64,000 bases of DNA, taken from contig CAVUWD010000015.1 of assembly GCA_963745025.1 (NCBI GenBank), positions 1-64,000 of the forward strand, read 5' to 3'. Below, piece after piece: positions 1 through 10,217 of the stretch. The notes below the pieces were generated by a model. The model saw only the letters and a program-made list of their open reading frames with translations. It did not search any database and had not been told where the DNA came from. Each line of letters begins with the position of its first letter. The stretch's first letter is position 1. The translations under genes and the position numbers were made by a program. Source of the DNA: an uncultured delta proteobacterium. Its GTDB lineage: Bacteria; Desulfobacterota; Binatia; JACPRU01.

Positions 1-2
1 TG

Positions 3-191
3 AGCCCGACCATCGAGGCGCACCTGCAGACGCTGGCGCGCATCTCCTTCGTCCTGCAGGACGGCACGTTTCGTCGGTTGCTGGAGAAGCGCGCGACCCC
101 GGACGCGATTCTCCAGCGACTCGCCGATCTCCGGCCAGCGGGAGAAGGCGCGCGCCGGGTAGCGCGCCCCCGGCCGAACGGCGCCGCATGA
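3..191 (+). CDS. PTS IIA-like domain protein, C-terminal part (partial at window edge)
   Basis: Frame 3 reads SPTIEAHLQTLAHLSFVLQDGTFRRLLEKRATPDAILQRL, typical of the HL..LA.LS C-terminus of PTS IIA domains; its TGA overlaps the next ATG (ATGA). Confidence 0.65.
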   Translation, partial: SPTIEAHLQTLARISFVLQDGTFRRLLEKRATPDAILQRLADLRPAGEGARRVARPRPNGAA

Positions 192-2173
192 CGCTCGGCG
201 TGCTCGCAACCGCGCTCGCCGCGTTGCTGGTCGGCGCGTTGGGCGCCGGTGCGGTCAGATCGGCGAGCCGAGCGGGCGCTGCGCTTGGGCGCCGCGGTCG
301 GTGGCATCGCGTGCGCGCTCGGCGCGGGTGCCAGCGTGGCGCTCTTGTCGTCGGGCGCGGAGCGAACCTTCCGCCTTGCGTGGTCTCGCCGATCGACACG
401 GTGTCCTTCGGAATCGATCCCCTGTCCGCATTCTTCTTGCTCTGCATTTTCGCCGTCGGCGGGCTGGCCATATGCTATGCAGCCGGCTACTTCGCCGATG
501 TCGCTGCCCGGCGCGCCGTCGGCCCTGCCATCGCCTGTGATGGAGATCCTCATCGCTGGCGATGGCGCTGGTCGTGCTCGCGCGCGACGCCATCGCCTTC
601 CTGGTGGCGTGGGAGGTGATGTTTCTTGCTTCGTACTTTCTGGTCACGTTCGACGCGCACGAGGAGCGCGTGCGTGCAGCCGGCTTCACGTACCTCATTG
701 CCTCGCACATCAGCGTGGTGCTGCTCTTCATCTCGTTCGGGATTCTGGCGCGCGAGACGGGCAGCGTCGAGTTTGCCGCATGGGCCGCGGCGCGGCCCTC
801 GGGCACCGCCGCAACGCTCTGCTTCGGCGTCGCTCTCGCGGGCTTCGGGATCAAGGCCGGCGTGCTGGCCGCTGCACGGCTGGCTTCCCGAGGCGCACCC
901 GGCAGCCCCCAGCCCGGTCTCCGCGCTCATGTCCGGCGTGATGATCAAGATGGGTATCTACGGGTTGCTGCGCACCTTGACGTTCCTGGGTCCACCGCCG
1001 GTGTCGTGGGGAATCGCTCTCTTGGCGGTCGGCGCATCGTCGGCGCTTGGCGGCGTTCTGCTCGCGTTGGCGCAGCACGACCTGAAGCGGCTGCTCGCCT
1101 ACCACAGTGTCGAGAACATCGGCATCATCATCCTCGGCCTGGGCATCGGGGTACTCGCCAAGGGAGCCTCCGCGCCGGACATCGCGCTCGCTGGATTCGC
1201 GGGTGCGCTCCTGCACACGCTCAACCACGGCTTGTTCAAAGGGCTGCTCTTCGAGGCGGCGGGAGCCGTGGTGCACGCGACCGGGTCGCGCGACATGGAA
1301 TCGCAAGGCGGCCTGCTCCGCCGCATGCCGATGACGGGTGCCCTGTTTTTCGTCGGCGCCCTGGCGATTTCCGGCCTACCGCCCTTGAACGGCTTCGCCA
1401 GCGAGTGGCTCATCTACGTCGGCGCGCTGCATCACGGCCTTCTCGGTACCGGTCACGGTGCGTCTCGCGTGGCGGTCGCCGTGGTGCCCGTGCTCGCGTT
1501 GGCGGGGGGCTTGGCTTCTGCGTGCTTCGTGAAGGTGTTCGGTGTGGTGTTCCTCGGCGAACCGCGCAGCGCGTCCGCAACCGAGGCTCACGACGTCGGC
1601 ATCTCGCTCTGGATGCCGATGCTGCTGGGCGCCGCGGCATGCTTGGCGATCGGCGTGGCACCCGCCACGGCGGTCCGACTCATCTCCGGTCCGGCGATGA
1701 TGCTCGCCGGTGCCGGCGCCACCCCAGCCGGCTTGGCGCTCTCGTCGTTGAACGCGATCAGTCTGGTTGCTCTGCTGCTCGGCGCGAGCATCGTCGCCGT
1801 CGCGCTCGGGCGGCATCTGCTGCTCCGCCGGCGCGAGGTCAGCGACGCGGTCACTTGGGATTGCGGCTATGCGGAGCCGACGCCGCGCATGCAGTACACC
1901 GCGGCGTCGTTCGCGGGACCGATCCTCGACCCGTTCGTGGGGCTACTCCATGCACGCGTCCGCCGCGCTCCCGTCGCCGGATGGTTTCCGCAGCACGCCT
2001 CCGAGGAGGTCGAGCTCGAAGACCCAGGCGAAGCGGGAGTCCGCTGGCTGACCGCCGCGGTCGTCGCTCCGTTGATGTATCTGCGAGCGCTGCAGCGCGG
2101 CCCGGTACAGTTGTATCTCCTGTATGTACTCGTGACGTTGTTGCTGCTGCTGGTGTGGCAGGCGGGCGCGTGA
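188..2173 (+). CDS. hyfB: HyfB/NuoL-like antiporter subunit of a hydrogenase-4-like (Ehr) complex, frameshifted in its first 700 bp
   Basis: Motifs FLVAWEVM, GFGIKAG, PLHGWLPEAHPAAPSPVSALMSG, DLKRLLAYHSVENIG, NHGLFKGLLF, GLPPLNGFASEW, TWDCGY; N-terminal part is spread over three frames (about five shifts). Confidence 0.85.
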
Positions 2174-3084
2174 GGCCGCTCCTCGCATGGTCGGCGCACG
2201 GCCTGCTGCTGTTCGGCCTGCCACCGTTGCTGCTCGGTCTCATCGGGCGGGTGAAAGCCCTCGTCGCGGGGCGAAGTGGACCGCCGATCCTGCAGCCTTA
2301 CTGGGATCTCTTCCGCCTGCTGCGCAAAGGAGCCGTCTACAGCCGGACCACGACGTGGGTCTTCCAGGCAGCGCCCATCGTCGCACTCGCGTCGACGATC
2401 GCCGCGGGTGCTCTGCTGCCGCTCGCCACGCCGCACGCACCGCTAGCCTTCGACGGCGATCTGGTTCTGTTCGTCTATCTCCTCGGGCTCGGCCGCTTCT
2501 TGACGATGGCAGCCGCGCTCGACACCGGCAGCAGCTTCGAGGGCATGGGAGCGAGTCGTGAGGCGGCCTTCAGCGCGCTGGCCGAACCGGCGATCTTTCT
2601 CGGCTTGGTCACGCTCGTCGTCGCCACGGGTCAGGTTTCGCTCAGTGGCATCTTCCTGAGCCTGTCGGCGACCTCCGGGGCGAATCCCGCGCTGTGGCTG
2701 GCCGCCGCCGCCCTCGGCGCAGTACTGCTCGCGGAAAACTCGCGCATGCCGGTCGACGACCCGAGCACGCATCTGGAGCTGACGATGATTCACGAAGTCA
2801 TGGTGCTCGATCACTCCGGGCCTGACCTCGCGTTGATCGAATACGGCAGCGCCATGAAACTGTTCGTGACCTCCGTGACGCTGATCGGAGTCGTCGCGCC
2901 GGCGGCGCTGGGACATCCTGTCTCGGTCGCGGCCGCAGCACTGGGGATCGCCGCGGCCATCGGCGCCGCCGAGTCGACGATGGCCCGCTTGCGTCTGCCG
3001 CGGGTGAAGCAGTTCCTGATCGGCGCCACCGGCCTCGCGGCCGTCGCGCTGGCGGCCGAGCTGCTGGTGAAAGGAGCCCCATGA
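2170..3084 (+). CDS. hyfC: HyfC/NuoH-like membrane subunit
   Basis: GTG start overlapping previous stop; GRSGPPILQPYWDLFRLLRK, ALDTGSSFEGMGASRE, ENSRMPVDDPSTHLELTMIHE motifs. Confidence 0.9.
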   Translation: MRPLLAWSAHGLLLFGLPPLLLGLIGRVKALVAGRSGPPILQPYWDLFRLLRKGAVYSRTTTWVFQAAPIVALASTIAAGALLPLATPHAPLAFDGDLVLFVYLLGLGRFLTMAAALDTGSSFEGMGASREAAFSALAEPAIFLGLVTLVVATGQVSLSGIFLSLSATSGANPALWLAAAALGAVLLAENSRMPVDDPSTHLELTMIHEVMVLDHSGPDLALIEYGSAMKLFVTSVTLIGVVAPAALGHPVSVAAAALGIAAAIGAAESTMARLRLPRVKQFLIGATGLAAVALAAELLVKGAP

Positions 3085-3737
3085 GCAGCGTCGCCGACTT
3101 CTTGGTGGCCGCCATGATCGTTGCGGGCCTGTACATGGTCGCCACCAGTCGCCTGGGCGCCTGCGTGCGCGCGAGCGCCGTCCAGGGAATCATTCTCGGG
3201 GCGTTGCCGGTGGCGCTGTGGTGGACCCAGGCGGTCCGGCCGCTGTCCCTGCACGTGATCGTGCTCGCGCTCGGCGCCTTCGGCATCAAGGGCATCGCCA
3301 TTCCGCGACTGCTGCTGCGCGCGATCCGTGAAGCCGGCGTGCGCCGCGAGGTCGAGCCGATGACCAGCTTGCACGCCTCGATCGTCGGCGCAGCCGTGCT
3401 CGTCGGAGTCGCGTTCTGGATAGCCAGCCAGATGGACCTGCCCTTCCCCGTCGGATCGCGCTTGCTCGTGCCCGCGGCGATGGCGAACGTGCTGCTCGGC
3501 TTTCTCCTGCTCGTCGCGCGCCGGCAGGCAATCACGCAAGTGGTGGGCTATCTCGTGCTCGAAAACGGCGTGTTCGTCTTCGGCCTCGGGCTGGCGGCGG
3601 AGCAGCCAATCCTGGTGGAGCTGAGCGTGCTCCTCGATCTGCTCGTCGGCGTGTTCGTCATGGGAATCGCCATCCTTCACATCAGCGAGACCTTCGATCA
3701 CATGGACACCACGACGCTCGCGAGCCTGCGCGAATGA
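3081..3737 (+). CDS. hyfE: HyfE-like membrane subunit
   Basis: 218 aa hydrophobic ORF; AITQVVGYLVLENG and ELSVLLDLLVGV motifs; translationally coupled on both sides. Confidence 0.88.
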   Translation: MSSVADFLVAAMIVAGLYMVATSRLGACVRASAVQGIILGALPVALWWTQAVRPLSLHVIVLALGAFGIKGIAIPRLLLRAIREAGVRREVEPMTSLHASIVGAAVLVGVAFWIASQMDLPFPVGSRLLVPAAMANVLLGFLLLVARRQAITQVVGYLVLENGVFVFGLGLAAEQPILVELSVLLDLLVGVFVMGIAILHISETFDHMDTTTLASLRE

Positions 3738-5179
3738 CGGTGATCATCGGGGCGGTCGTCGGCGTTCCGGCCGTGGCGGCGCTCGGCGCCTGGGGCGTGC
3801 GCTCGGTGCGCGTGCAGCTCGCGGTATTGATCGGGACCGCCGCCGTGCACCTAGGCAGCACGGTAGCCTTGTGGTGTAGCGCCGCGCCGATGCACAGCGG
3901 GAGCCTAATCGGGATGGACGCACTCGGGCTGCTGGTCTTGTCGCTGGTCTCGTTGCTGTTTCTGGCGGCAGCGCTCTACAGCGTGCCCTATCTGCTCGAC
4001 GGCACACACGAAGAAGCGGCGGCCCCAGAGCGCTTCGTCCCGTGCCTGCTCGCGTTTCTCGCGGCGATGTCTTTGGTGACCGTGAGTCGAAATCTCGCGC
4101 TGCTCTGGGCGGCGGTGGAAGCCACGACCCTGGCGAGCGCTCCTCTCATCTACTTCTACCGGCGGCCGGGAGCGCTCGAGGCGACCTGGAAGTACCTTCT
4201 GATTTGTTCCGTCGGCATTGCGCTGGCGTTGCTCGGCTCGTTCTTTCTCGGCGTGGCGTCCACCACGCCGGACGGGCGTGCGCCGGGTCTCGGCCTCGAC
4301 GAGGTGCTGGCGATTGCGCCGTCGCTCGATCACCGTTGGCTGCGGGCTGCGTTCGTCCTGGTGCTGGTGGGATACGGCACGAAGATGGGGCTGGCGCCGT
4401 TGCACACTTGGTTGCCCGACGCGCACAGCCAAGCACCGTCACCGGTGTCCGCGCTGCTCTCCGGAGCGCTTCTCAATTGCGCTCTGCTCGGCATCCTGCG
4501 CTTCTACGCGGTCTGCGTCGCTGCGGGAGACGGGGCGTTCGCGCGGACGTTGTTTCTCGTGCTCGGCTTCGCGTCGTTGCTCGTCGGCGCGGGCATGTTG
4601 CTCGGGCAGCGCGACTACAAACGGTTGCTGGCATACTCCTCCGTGGAGAACATGGGCGTCATCGCGGTGGGATTGGGGGTGGCGGGCAGCGCGACGTACG
4701 GCGCGTTGCTGCACATGGTCAACCATTCTCTGGTCAAGGCGGCTCTCTTTCTGCTCGCCGGGAATGTGCTGCGGGCCTACGGGACTACTGCGGTCGCCGA
4801 GGTCCGCGGGGTTGGACGCCTCTTGCCGGCGAGCGCGGCCCTGCTGATGCTCGCCAGCTTCGCCATCGGCGGATCACCGCCATTCGGGCCGTTCGTCAGC
4901 GAGTTCACCATCTTCCTCGGTGCGATGCGGGGTAGTGCCCCATGGCTCGGCGTCGTCTTCGTGGCGCTTCTCGGCATCGCCTTCATCGGTATCGCCGGCG
5001 CGCTGTTTCCGATGCTGCACGGCGACGTGTCGGCTTCCGCGGGCGACGTCCGGGGAGAAAGGCCGTTGGCGCTGGCCCCGCCCGCAGTGCTGGCCTTCCT
5101 CGTCGTCGTGCTCGGTCTCTACGTTCCGGCAGGCCTCGACACCCTGCTGCGTCACGCAGCCGCAGCGCTCGGTGGGTGA
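3734..5179 (+). CDS. hyfF: HyfF-like antiporter subunit
   Basis: LWAAVEATTLASAPLI, LEATWKYL, GYGTKMGLAPLHTWLPDAHSQAPSP, YKRLLAYSSVENMG motifs. Confidence 0.9.
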   Translation: MTVIIGAVVGVPAVAALGAWGVRSVRVQLAVLIGTAAVHLGSTVALWCSAAPMHSGSLIGMDALGLLVLSLVSLLFLAAALYSVPYLLDGTHEEAAAPERFVPCLLAFLAAMSLVTVSRNLALLWAAVEATTLASAPLIYFYRRPGALEATWKYLLICSVGIALALLGSFFLGVASTTPDGRAPGLGLDEVLAIAPSLDHRWLRAAFVLVLVGYGTKMGLAPLHTWLPDAHSQAPSPVSALLSGALLNCALLGILRFYAVCVAAGDGAFARTLFLVLGFASLLVGAGMLLGQRDYKRLLAYSSVENMGVIAVGLGVAGSATYGALLHMVNHSLVKAALFLLAGNVLRAYGTTAVAEVRGVGRLLPASAALLMLASFAIGGSPPFGPFVSEFTIFLGAMRGSAPWLGVVFVALLGIAFIGIAGALFPMLHGDVSASAGDVRGERPLALAPPAVLAFLVVVLGLYVPAGLDTLLRHAAAALGG

Positions 5180-5180
5180 C

Positions 5181-6707
5181 GTGACCGAACCGCAGGCACA
5201 CAGGCCGAGCTCCGTTCCTCGGGGCACGATGGGGCGCGCTGGGCAATCTCACGCGCTCGATGCGATCCCGGTCCACACACCCGAGATGCTCTACACAGGC
5301 ATCCTCGCCGGTACGCGCGCCGGCGCGCGGCTAGTTGGCCTGTGGGGGTGGCCGGCAGCGGACGACGTAGTGAACCTGCTCGCGGTGCTCGCTGCGGATG
5401 CGGCCGGGCGGTTGAGCATCTTTCGTACGATCGTACTCGCCGGGGCGGCGTTCCCCTCGCTCACGCCGGAGATCCCCGCGGCGCAGGCGTTCGAGCGCGA
5501 GATCTTCGAGTCGCTCGGCGTGCGCCCGGACGGCCATCCATGGCTGAAGCCCCTGCTCCGGCACGCGGAGTTGGAAGAACGGGGCGCCGGGGCAGACGCT
5601 CACCCCTTCTTCCGCGTCGAAGGAGTAGGAGTGCACGAGGTCGCCGTGGGCCCGGTCCACGCCGGCATCATCGAGCCGGGCCACTTTCGCTTCCAGTGCA
5701 GCGGCGAAACGGTGCTGCACCTAGAGATTCAGCTCGGGTACCAGCACCGCGCTCTGCAGGCGCTTCTCGTCGACGCCTCTGCGGCTCGCCGGTTGGTGCT
5801 CGCCGAGTCCATCGCCGGCGACACGGTGATCGGGCACGCCACTGCGTATTGCCAAGCCTTGGAGACGCTGGCCGGAGCTCAGGCGCCACCGCGCGCTCAG
5901 GCATTGCGGGCGATCGCGCTCGAGCTGGAGCGGGTCGCGAACCACGTTGGCGATCTCGGGGCGCTATGCGGCGACGTCGGCTATCTGCCGGGAGCCGCCT
6001 ATCTAGGCCGATTGCGGGGCGAGCTCCTGAATCTGCTCTTGTCGATCAGCGGCAACCGGTTCGGCCGCGGCCTGGTCGTCCCCGGTGGCGTGCGTTTCGA
6101 CTTGGATGAGCCCTCGCGGGCAGACGTTGCCGAGCGCTTGGCGAACGTACAGCGGGATTTTGAGGAAGTCGCGGACCTGGTGTTTTCCGTGCCGTCGGTG
6201 CAATCGCGCTTCGAGCGGGCCGGTCCGCTCTCTCGGGAGGCGGCGGAGCAGCTCGGACTCGTCGGCCCAGTGGCGCGCGCCAGCGGCTGCACTCGCGACG
6301 TGCGCGCCGATCACCCGTCCGGCTTCTACCGCTTCGGCCACATTCCCGTGGCCCACTTCGAGGGCGGGGACGTGTTCGCGCGCGCGATGGTCCGATACGT
6401 CGAGGCCCGCCGTTCGCTAACGTTCGTTCGGGAGGAGCTCGAGCGGCTCCCGAAGGGAGCGCTCGCGGAGCCGATCGGGCTGCTGGCGGCGACGACCTTG
6501 GTCATCGCTCTCGTCGAGGGATGGCGCGGCGAGATCGCACACGTCGCCGTGACCGATGCGAACGGCGCGCTGCGAAGCTATCACATCGCCGATCCATCGC
6601 TGCACAATTGGCTCGGGCTGGCGATGGCCATGCGCGGGCAGCAGGTCTCCGACTTCCCGCTCTGCAACAAGAGCTTCAACCTGTCCTACGCCGGACACGA
6701 TCGATAG
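5181..6707 (+). CDS. ehrL: HyfG/HycE-like large subunit (NuoC+NuoD fusion) lacking NiFe-binding CxxC motifs (EhrL type)
   Basis: FEREI, VGPVHAGIIEPGHFRF, LELERVANH, EGWRGE motifs; L1 site reads ESIAGDT and L2 site reads NKSFNLSYAGHD instead of RxCGxC and DPCxxC. Confidence 0.88.
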   Translation: MTEPQAHRPSSVPRGTMGRAGQSHALDAIPVHTPEMLYTGILAGTRAGARLVGLWGWPAADDVVNLLAVLAADAAGRLSIFRTIVLAGAAFPSLTPEIPAAQAFEREIFESLGVRPDGHPWLKPLLRHAELEERGAGADAHPFFRVEGVGVHEVAVGPVHAGIIEPGHFRFQCSGETVLHLEIQLGYQHRALQALLVDASAARRLVLAESIAGDTVIGHATAYCQALETLAGAQAPPRAQALRAIALELERVANHVGDLGALCGDVGYLPGAAYLGRLRGELLNLLLSISGNRFGRGLVVPGGVRFDLDEPSRADVAERLANVQRDFEEVADLVFSVPSVQSRFERAGPLSREAAEQLGLVGPVARASGCTRDVRADHPSGFYRFGHIPVAHFEGGDVFARAMVRYVEARRSLTFVREELERLPKGALAEPIGLLAATTLVIALVEGWRGEIAHVAVTDANGALRSYHIADPSLHNWLGLAMAMRGQQVSDFPLCNKSFNLSYAGHDR

Positions 6708-6715
6708 AGGCAGTC

Positions 6716-7489
6716 ATGCCGAGCCTGATTCTGACGCGTTGGCATCAAGGCAAGCGTACGACCCGTTTTCCCGCTGCGGCGCCGGACCTCCCGGAGCGTT
6801 TTCGCGGCCGGCCGCTGCTCGATCCGTCACGCTGCGTCGACGGCTGTCGCGCGTGTGTGGAGGCCTGTCCGACCGGCGCCTTGCAGGCCGATCCGCTGCG
6901 CGTCGATCTAGGCGCGTGCGTCTTCTGCCCGGCGTGCGTGGAGACGTGTCCGGCTGGAGCCATCCGCTACACGATGAACCACCAGCTGGCGGCGCGCACG
7001 CGCGAAGCGCTCGTGGTCGCTGGCGACGCCCCCGCGCCCCGAGTCGCGGCGCTCGATCAGCAGGTGCGTCGGACCTTCGGGCGTTCGCTGCGCCTCCGTC
7101 AGGTCTCGGCGGGCGGCTGCAACGGTTGCGAGGCGGAGCTTGCGGCTCTCGGCAACGTCGTGTTCGATCTGTCGCGCTTCGGCATTCAGTTCGTCGCGTC
7201 GCCGCGCCATGCCGACGGTATCGTGATCACGGGGCCGGTGACTCGCAACATGGAGCTCGCGTTGCGGAAGACTTACGAGGCGGTGCCAGCGCCCAAGATA
7301 GTGATCGCGGTCGGCGCCTGCGCGATCAGCGGCGGGGCCTTCGCCGGGTCGCCCGCCGCGCGCAATGGCGTACCGCGTGACATTCCGGTTGACCTGTACG
7401 TGCCGGGCTGCCCACCGCATCCAGTCACGATCGTGGACGGCTTGTTACGACTGCTGGGCCAGATGGGATCCGATCCTGACGCGGCATGA
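6716..7489 (+). CDS. ehrS: 2x[4Fe-4S] ferredoxin fused to HyfI/NuoB-like small subunit (EhrS type)
   Basis: CVDGCRACVEACP and CVFCPACVETCP, then GGCNGCE, SPRHADG, GACAISGG, PGCPPHP. Confidence 0.9.
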   Translation: MPSLILTRWHQGKRTTRFPAAAPDLPERFRGRPLLDPSRCVDGCRACVEACPTGALQADPLRVDLGACVFCPACVETCPAGAIRYTMNHQLAARTREALVVAGDAPAPRVAALDQQVRRTFGRSLRLRQVSAGGCNGCEAELAALGNVVFDLSRFGIQFVASPRHADGIVITGPVTRNMELALRKTYEAVPAPKIVIAVGACAISGGAFAGSPAARNGVPRDIPVDLYVPGCPPHPVTIVDGLLRLLGQMGSDPDAA

Positions 7490-8021
7490 TTCCTCCTTCC
7501 TGAAAGCAAGAAGGGCCGGGCGCCCTCACGAGCAACATGCGCAGCGGCCAACGGTGATCCAGCGCGCGCTGCCTTTGGGCGCTCAACAGATCAGCAGCCA
7601 TACCACGATCGAGAGAGTCCGCTCTTACCTGCTGCCTGCTGGGGACGGCGGATTATCGCCGGAAGGAAGGCAACGCGGCCGAGAGGGGCCAGGCGCGTGA
7701 TGACTTCCTGAGAGCCAAATCTCACGAGCCGGGGAGGCTCGGGGTCGGCCCCAGCGTGGGGAGCGTGATGGCGAACGGCTTGCAGGTGCCATCGACGCAA
7801 ATCTCGCCTGGGCCGCGAGATCTTCCGATCTTCCATGATCTCCCGACGGTCGACGAGATCGTCCTCTCAGCGTACTCACAACGACTCGACCGGGCGACCC
7901 CGAGCAACTTGCCCTCGCGGGCCGTCCCGGAGGAGACGGGCCGCGCGTTTCACGAGCGTGGATTACTGCCCGAAGGCGAAGACTTTCTTGGCCGAGGCGG
8001 AGAAGGATGGCTGGGTGGGCA

Positions 8022-8429
8022 TCAGCATGAATGACGACCGGAGGTTTCGGATCGACTGCTCAGAAGGTGCGCGATGCACCAGACGCCCATCGCCGCGTGC
8101 AGGAGGACGCCGGGCCACAAGGCGATGCCGGTCGTCTGCGACCCGATCCCGGCCGCCCCGAGGATTAGCACCGCACCGAGATTGTAGAGCACCATCGCGC
8201 TGACCAATCCGCGCGCAGCGCAGCTTTGGCTGTCGTGCGACGCGAACCACGCGGCCGCGCCGAGCGTGAGCAGTCCCATGCCTCCGACGCGGGCGACGAC
8301 CAGCGCCGCAACGCTCTCCAGAGGCACCGCGAGCAGCAGCCACGCGCAGACCGAGGGCCAGCCGAGCAGGAAGAGTCCGGCTCCGGCTTCGAGCCCGGCG
8401 GTGGCGAGGAGAAGTGGCTTCATTGGCAA
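8022..8429 (-). CDS. Hypothetical multi-pass membrane protein
   Basis: 135 aa ORF with about four hydrophobic segments, directly downstream of an arylsulfatase-like C-terminal remnant. Confidence 0.65.
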   Translation of the reverse strand: MPMKPLLLATAGLEAGAGLFLLGWPSVCAWLLLAVPLESVAALVVARVGGMGLLTLGAAAWFASHDSQSCAARGLVSAMVLYNLGAVLILGAAGIGSQTTGIALWPGVLLHAAMGVWCIAHLLSSRSETSGRHSC

Positions 8430-8504
8430 GGAAAGGTTTGCTGGTAAAGTCGCGGGTCGCCCTGTAGCAGGCGGCCCGTGCGTTTCACAATCGAAGCGTT
8501 TGAC

Positions 8505-8632
8505 TTACTGGCCTGGCAAGGACAGCTTGCCGCCGTCCTTCTTGACCTGCCCCGCGCAGCCACTCGAGCTTCTGGAAGTTCGAGTTGGTGATCGGGCCGG
8601 AGTAGGTGTCGCTCTGCATCTTGCGCGGCGGG
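8505..8632 (-). pseudogene. Arylsulfatase-like C-terminal remnant
   Basis: Reads PPRKMQSDTYSGPITNSNFQKLEWLR/GQVKKDGGKLSLPGQ* with one extra G; resembles the C-terminal tail of bacterial arylsulfatases. Confidence 0.5.
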
Positions 8633-8721
8633 CTCAGCCGATCTCGCAGCCGTCGGGACACCCCCTGGATCGCGTTGCCGTCTCTTAGTAAAGTTGCGCG
8701 ACATACCCTTGGAGGTACGCC

Positions 8722-9243
8722 ATGGCCTTTTCGCTCTACGCCGCCACAGTCCCGAGCTATCGACAGATCCTGGAGGCCGTTTCCGGCCTGCTCGTCAGAG
8801 CAGAGGGCTTCTGCACCGAGAAAGGGATCGCGCCGCAGGAGCTAATTCAGGCGCGCCTCGCCGAGGACATGCTGCCCTTCGCCTACCAGGTGAAGTCCAC
8901 CGCCGTACACTCGCTCGGCGCCATCGAGGGCGTCCGCAAGGGTGTTTTCTCGCCCGATATGACTCCGCCACCTGAGACTTTCGCGGCACTCAAGACGCGG
9001 ATCGCCGAAACACTCGCCGCACTGCAGGCAATCGATGTCGCCGAGGTTGACGGTTTCATCGGCCGCGACATGCGCTTTTCCTTCGGCGACCGTCATATGG
9101 AGTTCACCGCAGAGAACTTTCTGCTCTCCTTCTCGCAGCCCAACTTCTACTTCCACGCAACCACGGCCTACGACATCCTCCGCTGGAAGGGTCTTCCCAT
9201 AGGCAAGCGCGACTTCCTGGGGAAGCCCCGCGTGAAGGGCTGA
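8722..9243 (+). CDS. DUF1993 family protein
   Basis: RLAEDMLPFAYQV and PNFYFHATTAYDILR..G..IGKRDFLG motifs; GGAGG RBS. Confidence 0.9.
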   Translation: MAFSLYAATVPSYRQILEAVSGLLVRAEGFCTEKGIAPQELIQARLAEDMLPFAYQVKSTAVHSLGAIEGVRKGVFSPDMTPPPETFAALKTRIAETLAALQAIDVAEVDGFIGRDMRFSFGDRHMEFTAENFLLSFSQPNFYFHATTAYDILRWKGLPIGKRDFLGKPRVKG

Positions 9244-9634
9244 GTGCGATCGGCACTTCCCATGCAACCTTTTCGTATCCGCTCGCCGTCTCTTTGATCT
9301 TCTTCGCCCTCGCCCACTGCGCCAAGCTCACCCCGGTTGCTTTCCCGGCAAGCTTCCGAACGTCGTCGATCGTGAACTTGCCGGGTAACCTCACAAAGCA
9401 CCTGTCCGCCTTCGGTGGACACGCTCTCCCCGGGGGCGGTGCGAGACGGTTTCCTCCGAGACCCCCGGGGGGTTGCCAGCACCCTCGCCACTCGATCGCC
9501 TTCCGCGCGACGCGGATGTCCCGACCGCGAAGGTTGCATGACAGATTCGACGGGTAACGCTGGTGGTCTCCAACGGTCGCATTCGCTCTTGCCGAAATTG
9601 ACTCCGGCGGGGCAACGAGCTATCCGCACCCGGA

Positions 9635-10057
9635 ATGTCTTGCCCGCGCCAAGCACGCTCGCTTTTCCATCTCGCCGCGGGATTGGGGTTCTTGGTATTC
9701 GGTTCCTTTCCCCAAATGGTGCTTTGCGTCGCTGGACAGCATCGTGCCATCGAGGTCGTGGCCGGTGAAGGCTGTCACATGCTGGGACAAGCGGGTCAGG
9801 TTGCGAGTCTGGATTTATCGGGCGTCATCCCATTCGTTGGCGATGGCTGCCCGCAGGGCTGCTCCGATACGGCACTAGGCGGCGGACCGTCGGTCGGTGC
9901 ATCGAAGAACAAGAAGGCCTCCGAACTCCGCCAAGCTGCGAGTCTCCCCCTCTCTTTCGGCGACGGCCCCGGGCTACGGCTAGTCCACCGTCAGCCTTTC
10001 GACTCCGCGCGAATCGACTCGCCGCGCGCTCTCCGCACGATCATCCTTCTCTGTTGA
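9635..10057 (+). CDS. Cys/His-containing leader ORF upstream of the metal efflux operon
   Basis: N-terminal hydrophobic stretch, VLCVAGQHRAIE, CPQGCSD, C-terminal LRTIILLC; same strand as and just upstream of czcCBA. Confidence 0.55.
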   Translation: MSCPRQARSLFHLAAGLGFLVFGSFPQMVLCVAGQHRAIEVVAGEGCHMLGQAGQVASLDLSGVIPFVGDGCPQGCSDTALGGGPSVGASKNKKASELRQAASLPLSFGDGPGLRLVHRQPFDSARIDSPRALRTIILLC

Positions 10058-10217
10058 TCTGACCCACCACTGAACAGCGCCTCGGCCATCGGGGTCATCG
10101 GCGCGTGGTGGAAGTGTGTCCGGCGTGCGCCGGTCACGCGATTCCCGATCGTCGCCAAGGATCGGGACGACTAGCACCTCGCTTCGCGGGCGAGGTGGGG
10201 AGATTCACATCCACGAA

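Noticed and set aside
562-3084. 840-aa ORF suggesting a HyfB-HyfC fusion
   Set aside because: The middle is off-frame read-through; real hyfB lies in another frame and hyfC has its own GTG at 2170.
7985-8040. Possible HAD phosphatase tail (AEAEKDGWVGISMNDD)
   Set aside because: About 16 residues only; insufficient support.
9261-9540. 11-bp inverted repeat (CATGCAACCTT) and an IS-end-like GTGTCCACCGAAG
   Set aside because: Too short to exclude chance; no transposase or target duplication.
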